From a virus, in the IMG/VR virus record IMGVR_UViG_3300032334_001128, positions 1 through 64,000 of that record: 64,000 nucleotides of DNA. One strand, 5' to 3'. Shown here piece by piece: positions 53,276 through 62,831 of the stretch (its first letter is position 1; each line of letters starts with the position of its first letter). The notes under the pieces are model-generated. The model made no database searches and was not told where the DNA came from. It saw nothing but the letters and a program-made list of their open reading frames with translations. Both the position numbers and the translations under genes were made by a program.

Positions 53276-56200
53276 ATGATCACATTTATCGGCCAATCTG
53301 GGTCGTTGCTCTTGTTTACAAGTGAGCACCATGGTGTAGTTGTCGACACCGATTTTAATATGGTTGTTGAGTCAGGCGTTCCTGAGACTCTATTTTCTAG
53401 CCGTAGCTGGGAAAAATCTGATACAGAGCCTGGTCAAGATCTAACTGCTTTAGCCTCCATCTCTTTACAGACTATGGATGCAAAAACTATTATTGCGTCT
53501 GCTGGACGTATGTATACCATTCCAAAATCTGCTCAAGCAGAAGCCAAGAAAGCTCTTGAATGGCACAAGGAGCACCACCGTGGCGGCACTCCTGTCGGCA
53601 TGAATACAGCAAGAATTCTTGCTAAGGGTGGGCAAATAAGCCTACAAAAAGTACGCCACATCGCAAAGTACTTCCCTCGTCACGAAGTTGACAAAAAGGG
53701 TAAAGGCTGGAAGCCAGGCCAAGATAACTTCCCAAGCAACGGCAGAATTGCGTGGGCCTTGTGGGGTGGTGATTCAGCTTGGCGTTGGGCTGTTGATATT
53801 GTAAAACACGCAGATCCAAAACCAATTAAAGCTGGTGGCGGTTATCTGGCTCAGCAACAGCCTCAAGACCCTTTCCACAATGCGTTCACTCTTGAAGAAA
53901 ACTATGGTCCAGAGTTTATGGCTCGTGTATGCCTTGATGGATCTGGACTAGATCGCCTATACAAAGTTGACATCGATGGTCAAGTTTACGTGTGGGATAA
54001 CGACTGCTGGGACGACATGGGAAATGTCGACAGCGATGTCTGGGACTATGACCAGGGGTTAGATTATGAAGATGATGGCATAGAAAAAAGTCACATTCTT
54101 ATTGATGCATCGTCTGCTGTAATGATTGCAGCTCGTTTGGCAAACAATCCTTTCGGCAAAGTTTCTGTTTTTGATCTTGATGAGGACGAAGCTAGACTAG
54201 CTGCCCGATCAATTCCTGAAGAAGACTGGGAGATGATTGACCTAGGTATGGTAGCTGCTGGTGAAGGTGGTATTGGCCCAGCGTCATATACTCCAAAGGA
54301 ACGTGCAGCAAACGTAGCTAAGCAACCTCGCTCTGCGGGTGGAAGATTTGGATCAAAGGGTAGTAAGGCTCAAGTTGGCCAGAAGACTACACCTGGAGCT
54401 AGCAACCCTGGTTCAGCTCCAAGTGCTGGAAAACCTGGGGGCATAAGCCTGGAAGATCAGAGAAAGAATGCTAACTCCGGTCTTCCTCCTCAAGAAATAC
54501 TTGAAGGTCCTCTAGATACTTCTGGAATCCTTGGAGAACCTCGTACTCCAATCGATAGACCTAACGCTCGAATATCTGGCACTCTTCCTGCAATGACAAA
54601 GGAAGATCTCCACCAGGTTCTTTATGACTTCCCTGCTTGGGTTCAGAGCCAGCGTGCTTCTTATAGTCCTGGTGATTACCACACTCCTATGACTAGTGCT
54701 GGTGATGAGAAAAAAGAATCAGAAGACCCAGAATCTTACGACCACCCTTTACTTAAAAAGTGGCGTGCCACTAAACTCCGCGAAGAGATCAAACCTTCTA
54801 CAGACACTAGCTGGGCAGCCCCGGTTGTTGCTGCTGCAGGAGTGGCTGAGGCTCAGAAGCCAGCCGTAGATCCTGAGAAGGAAGTTCAAAAAGATGAAGC
54901 CAAACCAGAAGGTGCTCCAAAGAGCAATCCAAAACCTAGCGATCCTGGTAAGCCGGTACAGCTTACTCCTGAAACTTCTGACGTACAGCCTCTGTATTTT
55001 GCTATTGTTGCTCCAGATGACCCTCAAGCAGTAACCGATCTAATTAGCATGGTCCCAGCCAGCTCAACGTCAACTGCTCCTATGATCTACAAGCGCTTAG
55101 ATAAGAAGTGGGTTCGTGATGAGAAGACACTTGCTGATCTAAAGTCTGCAACTCCTCCACCTGTTGTCCCTCTTGACTCTGCAACTCTGAACGATGTTCT
55201 AAAGCAGGTTGACGGTCTAGTTGCATCTGCTGGTTACCTACAACACCAGATGATAGTTCTATGGGGACCTAGAGAAGATATTCTTGTTGCTGCTGGTGGC
55301 CTTGATAAAAACAGAGGTAACGCAGAAGAACTTCGCCGTTACTGGACTGTTGGCAAGGGTGCAGCCAAGATTCGTTGGAACACTAAGGGTGACTGGACTC
55401 GTTGTGTTCGTCATTTAGAAAAGTATCTAGGCCCACGTGCTAAGGGATATTGTGCTCTACGCCACAAGGAAGTTACTGGTCTGTGGACTGGTGATAAGCG
55501 CCATCGTGAGCTATATGGACGTAAGGGTGTAAATAGTAACAAGGCATTCTTCAGTGATGAAGTCCTTAAGTCTTCAGAAATGGTCATCGACTCAGTAACC
55601 TTAGTTGCTCGTGCTAATGATGCTAAGCACCGTCTAGGTCTATTGGCAAGTGCACCTATTGCCACATCTACTAATGGAGGAATGTTCCGTATTCCTTTAG
55701 TAATCCCTGAGGGTAAGCAAACCGGAGATGGTCGTACTTTCCGCAAGGGATCAATCACAATGCGTGAACTACCACTGCCATTGCTATGGCAAGTTAGAAC
55801 TTCAGACGGACACAATGGGTCCGTTGTAATCGGTCGAATTGACCGAATGGAGCGTACTGAAGAAGGTATTGGAAATGCTGTTGGCATTTTTGATACTGGA
55901 GAGTATGGGCGTGAAGCCGAACGTTTGGTTCGCAACGGATTTATTCGTGGCGTATCAGCCGATATGGATCAGTTCGAGGCTGAAGAAGAAAAAGAAAAGA
56001 AAACTTCTAAGTCAAAGACTGAGAACGACATCGACATCGATGACGATAAAAAAGTTGGTGGGGACAAACTCACTATAAATAAAGCTCGGGTAATGGCAGT
56101 CACTATGGTGCCAAAGCCCGCGTTCCAAGAATGCAAAATCTTCCTCGTAGAGGAAGGTGAACCCCAGGAGGATAATATGATTCCACAAGATGGAATATAT

Positions 56201-57988
56201 GCCGAAGACGTGGATTCACCTGACAATGCTGCACTTGTTGCATGTGCAATTGTTGCTGGTGTAATTCCTGTCGTGCCACCTGCTGAATGGTTCAACAATC
56301 CTAAGCTAAGTAAGCCTACTCCTATCACCGTTACTGACGATGGTAAAGTATTCGGCCACATTGCAGCTTGGAACGTTGATCATATCGGTTTGGTAGCAGG
56401 CACCAAACCTCCTCGCAGCAAGAGTAACTACTCTTACTTCCACACTGGCGTGATTCGTACTGCCAATGGTAAGGATGTACCTGTAGGTCAACTTACGCTA
56501 GCGGGAGGACATGCTTCACTAGAGGCTAGTGCCCTAGACGCTGTAAAGCACTACGACGACACTGCATCAGCAATTGCTGACGTACATGCCGGCGAAGATG
56601 CTCACGGTATCTGGGTATCAGGAGGTCTACGCCCATCCGCAACCCCTGAGCAGATCCGTTCGCTTCGTGCATCGGCTCCATCAGGTGACTGGCGTCCAAT
56701 CCGTGGCTCACTTGAGCTAGTAGCTGTATGCCAGGTAAATGTTCCTGGTTTCCCGATCGCTCGTGCTCGTGTTGCTTCAGGTGCTGTTATGGCTCTTGTA
56801 GCGGCTGGTGCTCGTCCACTTGCTGAGCTAAAAGCTTCGCAGTTGTACGGCCCAGAAGCATTGGCTGCTGCTGCTAAGGCTAAGTTCGACCAGCTTCGTG
56901 CTGAGCGTGCTGCTGTTTTTGCAGTTAAGTCAGCTGAGCTATCAAACAAGATCCATGGTTACGTTGATGCTCTAGCAATTACTAAAGCAGAACGCGATAC
57001 CGCTGCCAAGAAGCGTCAGGCTCTACCGGACGGTTCATATCCGATTCGTAATGAAGACGATTTGAAGAATGCTATCCAGTCATTCGGCCGTGCTAAGGAA
57101 GAAGACCGTGGAAAGGTACGTCGCCACATTATGCGTCGTGCTAAGGCCCTTGGCAAAATAGATCTAATCCCAGAGAAGTGGAATAAGCAACATGTTGCAT
57201 CTACTTCAGAGTCAATCACAGCTTCAACTCAGCCGAATGAACTTCGTGCTCGTGTTGCAGCAGCTGCGGCGGCTCTGGGAAAATCTGATGCGGTTGAGCC
57301 TGTAAATCCTCTCCCTACAGTACCTGTTAAGGCTGAAGCACCTCTTGGTGTAGAACCTAAAGACAAGCCTGTAATGGAGAAGCAACCAGTCGATGAACGA
57401 CTTACTCAGGAACAAATTGAGCAGAAGGTTATCCAAGAAGTTAAAAAGGATGCCGACCCATATGCTCAAGCTGGAGGTAAGTACATCCCTGGTAAGACTC
57501 AACCGCGTGATGAGTATGGCAAGTTCCGTAAGGTTCTAGCCAGACTTAAGCTCAACCTAGGTGTTGCAGGTCTTGAAGATGTAGCCAGAAAAGTCTCAGC
57601 GGCAGAGGGGTACACCGAAATCGGTGACTACGGAACTGCTGCTAAGGCTGCTGGTGATCTGATTGACACTGTAGATCGTTTGGACACTGGTGCTTTGAAT
57701 GCAAAGTCACTAGAGAACATCCGTACTACAACGCAAGAACTAGGTAAAACTATTGCCAACCTACCACTGCCATTTAAGGATCCAAACGCGAAACTTAGAT
57801 ACAGTGACCTCCCACCTGTTCTGAAAGAGTTGCTTGACAACATGACAGATCGAGTGGAGCAGAAAATTGGTTCTAAGGATGCGGCCGTCGCTACCCAAGA
57901 CGTACGTTCCTTTAAGTCAGGATCTAAGCTTTATAGCCAGTCGGATATTTCGACTCAGTTTAATAAGCTTCTAAGACTCCTAACCTAA
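53276..57988 (+). CDS. multidomain capsid maturation (prohead) protease
   Basis: PEGKQTGDGRTF...GHNGSVVIGRI...GVSADMD protease-like domain; GRIAWALWGG domain; ALPDGSYPIRN domain; directly upstream of the MCP. Confidence 0.75.
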   Translation: MITFIGQSGSLLLFTSEHHGVVVDTDFNMVVESGVPETLFSSRSWEKSDTEPGQDLTALASISLQTMDAKTIIASAGRMYTIPKSAQAEAKKALEWHKEHHRGGTPVGMNTARILAKGGQISLQKVRHIAKYFPRHEVDKKGKGWKPGQDNFPSNGRIAWALWGGDSAWRWAVDIVKHADPKPIKAGGGYLAQQQPQDPFHNAFTLEENYGPEFMARVCLDGSGLDRLYKVDIDGQVYVWDNDCWDDMGNVDSDVWDYDQGLDYEDDGIEKSHILIDASSAVMIAARLANNPFGKVSVFDLDEDEARLAARSIPEEDWEMIDLGMVAAGEGGIGPASYTPKERAANVAKQPRSAGGRFGSKGSKAQVGQKTTPGASNPGSAPSAGKPGGISLEDQRKNANSGLPPQEILEGPLDTSGILGEPRTPIDRPNARISGTLPAMTKEDLHQVLYDFPAWVQSQRASYSPGDYHTPMTSAGDEKKESEDPESYDHPLLKKWRATKLREEIKPSTDTSWAAPVVAAAGVAEAQKPAVDPEKEVQKDEAKPEGAPKSNPKPSDPGKPVQLTPETSDVQPLYFAIVAPDDPQAVTDLISMVPASSTSTAPMIYKRLDKKWVRDEKTLADLKSATPPPVVPLDSATLNDVLKQVDGLVASAGYLQHQMIVLWGPREDILVAAGGLDKNRGNAEELRRYWTVGKGAAKIRWNTKGDWTRCVRHLEKYLGPRAKGYCALRHKEVTGLWTGDKRHRELYGRKGVNSNKAFFSDEVLKSSEMVIDSVTLVARANDAKHRLGLLASAPIATSTNGGMFRIPLVIPEGKQTGDGRTFRKGSITMRELPLPLLWQVRTSDGHNGSVVIGRIDRMERTEEGIGNAVGIFDTGEYGREAERLVRNGFIRGVSADMDQFEAEEEKEKKTSKSKTENDIDIDDDKKVGGDKLTINKARVMAVTMVPKPAFQECKIFLVEEGEPQEDNMIPQDGIYAEDVDSPDNAALVACAIVAGVIPVVPPAEWFNNPKLSKPTPITVTDDGKVFGHIAAWNVDHIGLVAGTKPPRSKSNYSYFHTGVIRTANGKDVPVGQLTLAGGHASLEASALDAVKHYDDTASAIADVHAGEDAHGIWVSGGLRPSATPEQIRSLRASAPSGDWRPIRGSLELVAVCQVNVPGFPIARARVASGAVMALVAAGARPLAELKASQLYGPEALAAAAKAKFDQLRAERAAVFAVKSAELSNKIHGYVDALAITKAERDTAAKKRQALPDGSYPIRNEDDLKNAIQSFGRAKEEDRGKVRRHIMRRAKALGKIDLIPEKWNKQHVASTSESITASTQPNELRARVAAAAAALGKSDAVEPVNPLPTVPVKAEAPLGVEPKDKPVMEKQPVDERLTQEQIEQKVIQEVKKDADPYAQAGGKYIPGKTQPRDEYGKFRKVLARLKLNLGVAGLEDVARKVSAAEGYTEIGDYGTAAKAAGDLIDTVDRLDTGALNAKSLENIRTTTQELGKTIANLPLPFKDPNAKLRYSDLPPVLKELLDNMTDRVEQKIGSKDAAVATQDVRSFKSGSKLYSQSDISTQFNKLLRLLT

Positions 57989-58125
57989 ATAATAAACAAC
58001 TCAAAAACAGGGTAAAATAAAGTCTGGGTAGAGTGCCTGCCGCATGGTGCGGTAAGTCCCTTTGCTTTGGACCGAACAGCAAGGTATGTGAAATACGCAT
58101 ATCTCTAACTATCCTAGGAGGATAA

Positions 58126-59958
58126 GTGGATCACATTAAATCGCAGGTAGATGGCCTAGCAGAACTAAGCGACGAGCAAGTCGCCGCTCTGCAAGAGTCA
58201 ATCGTACGTGAATTTGAATTGGTCGAGGGTAAAGACCCATCTCCTGAGGTTGTTGACGCTATGACGTCACTTGCCGACATGTTGGACACCGTACGCGGTG
58301 AAACCAGTCGTCGCGAGGCCGCTAAAGAAGAGCTTGCTGCTCGTGCTGCCGAAGCGACTATGCGTGTTACAGGTGAGGACGGGGAGAACCCAGTTGGCGA
58401 CATGCCAGTTGAGGAAGCTCCAGCTGAAGGTACTCCTGAAGAAGAGGCTACAGAAACCCCTGAAGAAGAGGCTGTAGAAACTCCTGAAGAAGAGGCCAAA
58501 GAAACTCCAGCTCAAGAGGACGAGGAAAAAAAGAAGGCTTACTCAGCTGAAACCTCTGACGCATCAATGACTCAGGTTGAAGGATCTGAACTATCAACCG
58601 AAGAAACCCAAACAACTACAACCGCTGACGCAGTTCAGCAGGAAGAGCAGGCCCCAGTGACCGCAGCAGCAGAAGAGAGCTTCCAGGCTCCAGCTGACCG
58701 TCAGCCTGTTATTCAGGTTTCAGAGCCAGCAAAGGTAGCAATTACCGCTGGTGCTGACATCCCTGGCTACAGTGCTGGATCATCCATCTCTGACATGACC
58801 GAAGTTGCATTAGCAATGGAGAAGAGAATTCATTCTCTACGTCGTGTTAACGGTGGAGATGGAGAGCAGCACATCGTTGCATCCATCACAACCGAATACC
58901 CAGAGGCTCGTACTCTAACAACTGACGCAGAGTCAAACGCTCTGAAGATTGCAGCCGTCGCAGGCCCAGAAGCACTTGTTGCTGCTGGTGGTCACGCAGC
59001 TCCATTCGAAGTCAAGTACGACATCTACTCAATCGGCTCAAGCAACGTTCGTCCTCTACGCGATGCATTGCCTCGCTTCCAGGCTGACCGTGGCGGTATC
59101 CGTTTCGTAACTCCTCCATCATTCGCAGCTGGTACTTATGACACAGCTGTTGGTGTATGGACTGCAGCTAACGACTCAGCTACCACTCCTAGCCCAGCAA
59201 GCAAGACTAGCTACACTGTTACAGCTGCTGCTGAAAACACAAAGGCTACTGACGCTGTAACCCTACAGCTACAGTTCGGTAACTTGATGACTCGTGCTTA
59301 CCCAGAGTTGATTGCTCGTCACAACGAGCTAGCTCTAGTTCAGCACGCTCGTGAAGCTGAGCAGAACCTACTAAGCGCACTAAGCAGCGGTTCAACTGCT
59401 GTTACAACTACTAACCTAATCGGTTTTGGTCGTGACTTCCTAGTTCAGATCCGTCGTGCAGCTGTTGCTTACCGTAACCGTCACCGTATCGCTCATGACA
59501 CTCAGCTTCAGGCTTTCATCCCTGAGTGGGTATACGACGCTATGGCAGCAGACCTAACCTTGGCAATGCCAGGTGACGGTACTCTGTCTGTATCTAAGTC
59601 AGAGATCGATGGTTACCTAGCACACAGCAACGTAACTCTAGTTGCTTCTCCAGACATGACTGTATTTGGTTCACAGAGTGCTGCTGCACTTCTTGAGTTC
59701 CCGGACAGCTTTGACTGGTACCTATTCGCTGAGGGAACATTCTTGTTCCTTGACGGTGGAACTTTGGACCTTGGAATTATTCGTGACTCCACCTTGGTTG
59801 GCACAAACGATTACAAGATGTTCATTGAAACATTCGAAGCTGTTGCAAAGGTTGGTATTGAGTCTCTCAAGGTCACCTCAACCATCAGCATCAACGGTGT
59901 TGCTGCTGCATTGCGCGACACCACAGGCGGTACTGCTGCCGCTACTATCGAGCTTTAA
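58126..59958 (+). CDS. major capsid protein with N-terminal scaffold/delta region
   Basis: acidic coiled N-terminus, then HK97-like body (RPLRDALPRFQADRGG, FLFLDGGTLDLGIIRDS); strongly biased codons. Confidence 0.85.
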   Translation: MDHIKSQVDGLAELSDEQVAALQESIVREFELVEGKDPSPEVVDAMTSLADMLDTVRGETSRREAAKEELAARAAEATMRVTGEDGENPVGDMPVEEAPAEGTPEEEATETPEEEAVETPEEEAKETPAQEDEEKKKAYSAETSDASMTQVEGSELSTEETQTTTTADAVQQEEQAPVTAAAEESFQAPADRQPVIQVSEPAKVAITAGADIPGYSAGSSISDMTEVALAMEKRIHSLRRVNGGDGEQHIVASITTEYPEARTLTTDAESNALKIAAVAGPEALVAAGGHAAPFEVKYDIYSIGSSNVRPLRDALPRFQADRGGIRFVTPPSFAAGTYDTAVGVWTAANDSATTPSPASKTSYTVTAAAENTKATDAVTLQLQFGNLMTRAYPELIARHNELALVQHAREAEQNLLSALSSGSTAVTTTNLIGFGRDFLVQIRRAAVAYRNRHRIAHDTQLQAFIPEWVYDAMAADLTLAMPGDGTLSVSKSEIDGYLAHSNVTLVASPDMTVFGSQSAAALLEFPDSFDWYLFAEGTFLFLDGGTLDLGIIRDSTLVGTNDYKMFIETFEAVAKVGIESLKVTSTISINGVAAALRDTTGGTAAATIEL

Positions 59959-59984
59959 GCCTTAGTAGTAAATCAGTAATCGTT

Positions 59985-60030
59985 GAGGGGGGCCCGGAAA
60001 CGGGTCCCCCAATACGAAAAAACTTTAAAC
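59985..60030 (+). terminator. terminator after the MCP gene
   Basis: GGGGGCCCG-GAAA-CGGGTCCCCC. Confidence 0.65.
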
Positions 60031-60050
60031 TTTTTTATTAAGGAATATAA

Positions 60051-61190
60051 ATGGCCACTTTTGACGGAGCGTTTCCAGCCCCGAAGATCGTACCTTCCGC
60101 ATTTGGATTGTTTTCTGTAGTTAAGCCGGAAAATCCAAATTCTGAAGATAAGTGGGTTCGTGGTTTTAACCAATGGTGGGAGACCAGACCTAACTATGTA
60201 CGTAACTGGGATGAAACTAGCACTACTTCTTATGTAGTTGATACTAATCCAGCTGCTCCTCGTTACAGCTACCACATTCCATTTTTTATCGAATCTGAAG
60301 ATTTTGCTTCGACTTTTGGTCTTAATGGTGAAGACAGATTTGCAAAAGTTCTTCGTCAACTTGAAGGTGTCTCTCAGAAAGCCTGTGAAGTAGAACTTTG
60401 GGATGGTGCAGTAGCACTCCAAGGAACTGGCACTGACTTAGTAAACCCATACCTATCTAAGGGATCTAGCGTCACGGTTCTTTCGGGACGTAAGTCTGAT
60501 GGCTCAATTGCAGATCCTACTTCTGATGGTGCAGCAATTTCTGTTAAGCATGGTGTAGCTGTGCTTGAGTATCAAATTGGTCAGTACTCTTCTGGTGGTG
60601 AGCAGGGCTGGATCCACATGACTCGTGATGCAGCTGCAGTTCTTAGTTCTTATAATCAAATGGTATTCCACCAACCCGGAGCTTTAAATACACAGCACCT
60701 ACAGACTTTTGGTGGTACCCCTCTAATAGTCGGATCTGGCTACTCAGGTAACGGTCCAGTAGTTAACGTAACTAATAAGGCTGCTGACGGAACTAACGCA
60801 ACTTTAACTACAGCTAACAACCACGGCCTTGCTGTTGGTGACACTGTAGTTGTTACTGGTGTTGACTCTACTTTCAATGGTACTTATGTGACTACCACTG
60901 GTACTACCGCAACTACGATTAAGTATGCTAAAGCATCTACTGTATCTTCTACTGCCGCTACTGGCACTGCTCAAATGCAGGCTAATAGCCGCTACAAATG
61001 GATTTACGCATCAGGTGAAGTACGAGTTTATCTCGGAAAAGCTGAAGTGGTAAATGACAGCTTAGCTCAAGGCTATGGTGTTACATCAAATCAAAATGAC
61101 ATGAAAATTAAAGCTACTCGTGCAGCCGCCGTGTACTTTGATACATCCATCCACCTAGGTGTCAAGGTTGACTTGACTCTAACAAACTAA
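60051..61190 (+). CDS. virion structural protein (minor capsid or connector) with a Thr-rich beta/Ig-like insert
   Basis: between MCP and MTP; ATLTTANNHGLAVGDTVVVTGVDSTFNGTY module. Confidence 0.6.
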   Translation: MATFDGAFPAPKIVPSAFGLFSVVKPENPNSEDKWVRGFNQWWETRPNYVRNWDETSTTSYVVDTNPAAPRYSYHIPFFIESEDFASTFGLNGEDRFAKVLRQLEGVSQKACEVELWDGAVALQGTGTDLVNPYLSKGSSVTVLSGRKSDGSIADPTSDGAAISVKHGVAVLEYQIGQYSSGGEQGWIHMTRDAAAVLSSYNQMVFHQPGALNTQHLQTFGGTPLIVGSGYSGNGPVVNVTNKAADGTNATLTTANNHGLAVGDTVVVTGVDSTFNGTYVTTTGTTATTIKYAKASTVSSTAATGTAQMQANSRYKWIYASGEVRVYLGKAEVVNDSLAQGYGVTSNQNDMKIKATRAAAVYFDTSIHLGVKVDLTLTN

Positions 61191-61209
61191 CAATTAAGGA
61201 GAATAGGTA

Positions 61210-62754
61210 ATGCCTACTCAAGACTATGCAGCCAGCATCCAAGGTGTGTCGATCCGTGTCACCCGCTTGGACGCATCTGGCAACTTGATGACAGGTCCCG
61301 GTGACAGCTACGCAACATCAGCTTTCATGCGCTTGTCATTCACCCCTGAATACGAAGAAGGTGACGAGATCACTGAGAAGTCAGCAAACGGTACAGTTTG
61401 TGTAACTTACAAGTCTCCAGACACTCTGAAGCGTATCACTATGGAACTAGCTATTTGTGAGCCAGATCCAGAACTAACTGCTCTATTATCTGGTGGTCTC
61501 TTGCTTCGCAAGAACCTAGGTACTTTTGCTTCAGCTAACAACCAGTCAATTGGTTGGGCAGCTCCAGGTGTTGGCGATGACCCAGCAGGTAACGGTGTTG
61601 CTATTGAAGCTTGGTCATGGGCTATTAAGAACGGTAAGAAGGCAGGAACTCTTCCTTACTTCCACTGGGTATTCCCATACGTTAAGGTTCGTCAGTCAGG
61701 TGACCGCGTTATTGAAAACGGTCTATTGGCTAACACATTCGAAGGCTACGGTCTAGGAAACCCTAACTTTGCATCTGGTATTGATGGTCGCTGGGAGTTC
61801 CCAACTGCAGCTGAGCGTCCTTACTCATACGCACGTTCTGCTTGGGCTCCAGTAGGTCTATCTGGTTTCTACACTTGGAACTACGCTGGTGAAGGTACTA
61901 CCGAACTTGGTACTCCTAACTACACAGCTGTTACTTCACTTGATGGTCTTAACTACAGCCTATCTACTGAAGCAATCACAACTGCTGGTGCGATCACTCT
62001 AGTTACTTCAGCTAGCCACACTTACAGCGTTGGCGACAGCATTACAGTCGGTAACGCAGATACTACTTACCTAGTAACTAACAAGGCTGCTACTACTTCT
62101 ACTGTAACTTTGACACTTGCGTCTGGTCACGGTGTTGTAGTTGGTGACAAGATCATTGTTTCAATTGGTGACAGTGCATTTGACGGTACTTATGGTGTAG
62201 CTACAGTGTCGACTAACGACATTACCTACGCTAAGACCAATGCGGTTGCTGTGACTAGCGTTGCTGTAAACAGTTCATCTGCTGTTGTTACTCGCAGCAT
62301 CTTCAATGGTACATTCACTGCTCTTGCAGGTACAACTGGAACTAGCGTTGCTGTTGCTCGTCGTGTTGCAATTTCAGCATGTACAGGCGCTACAACTACT
62401 GGTACATACACTGCTACAGCTCACGGTCTAGTTACTGGTCAGCTAGTGACAGTGACTGGTTTCTCGACTAACGCAGCATTCAACGTTACCGCTGCTGCTA
62501 TTACAGTAACTGGTGTAAACACCTTCACTGCAACTATCTCAAGCACAACCGCTACAGAAACTATTGCGGCCGTTGCTCAGGTAACTCGTGGTACTGCAAT
62601 CACTGCAACTGCGGTTCCTTACGGTGCTTCTGTTTCATCAGCTGTGGCTGGTACTGCAGGTACAACTGGATACAACGTTCCTGGTAACATCAACTACAAC
62701 CCTGATGTTGCAATTGACCGCGTTATCAAGTCTAACGAGGACCCAACCTCTTAA
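61210..62754 (+). CDS. major tail (tube) protein with C-terminal beta/Ig-like repeats
   Basis: IRVTRLDASG...EEGDEITEKSANGTVC...ELAICEPDPEL actinophage tail pattern; three H(G/T)xxVG(D/Q) modules. Confidence 0.75.
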   Translation: MPTQDYAASIQGVSIRVTRLDASGNLMTGPGDSYATSAFMRLSFTPEYEEGDEITEKSANGTVCVTYKSPDTLKRITMELAICEPDPELTALLSGGLLLRKNLGTFASANNQSIGWAAPGVGDDPAGNGVAIEAWSWAIKNGKKAGTLPYFHWVFPYVKVRQSGDRVIENGLLANTFEGYGLGNPNFASGIDGRWEFPTAAERPYSYARSAWAPVGLSGFYTWNYAGEGTTELGTPNYTAVTSLDGLNYSLSTEAITTAGAITLVTSASHTYSVGDSITVGNADTTYLVTNKAATTSTVTLTLASGHGVVVGDKIIVSIGDSAFDGTYGVATVSTNDITYAKTNAVAVTSVAVNSSSAVVTRSIFNGTFTALAGTTGTSVAVARRVAISACTGATTTGTYTATAHGLVTGQLVTVTGFSTNAAFNVTAAAITVTGVNTFTATISSTTATETIAAVAQVTRGTAITATAVPYGASVSSAVAGTAGTTGYNVPGNINYNPDVAIDRVIKSNEDPTS

Positions 62755-62766
62755 TAGACAAGTAAG

Positions 62767-62812
62767 AACGGGCGGCGCGTTAGAGTGTTTATCACAAAAC
62801 GCGTCGCCCGCT
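62767..62812 (+). terminator. hairpin after the MTP gene
   Basis: GGGCGGCGCGTT/AACGCGTCGCCC. Confidence 0.55.
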
Positions 62813-62831
62813 TCACTAAGGAGAAGATTAA

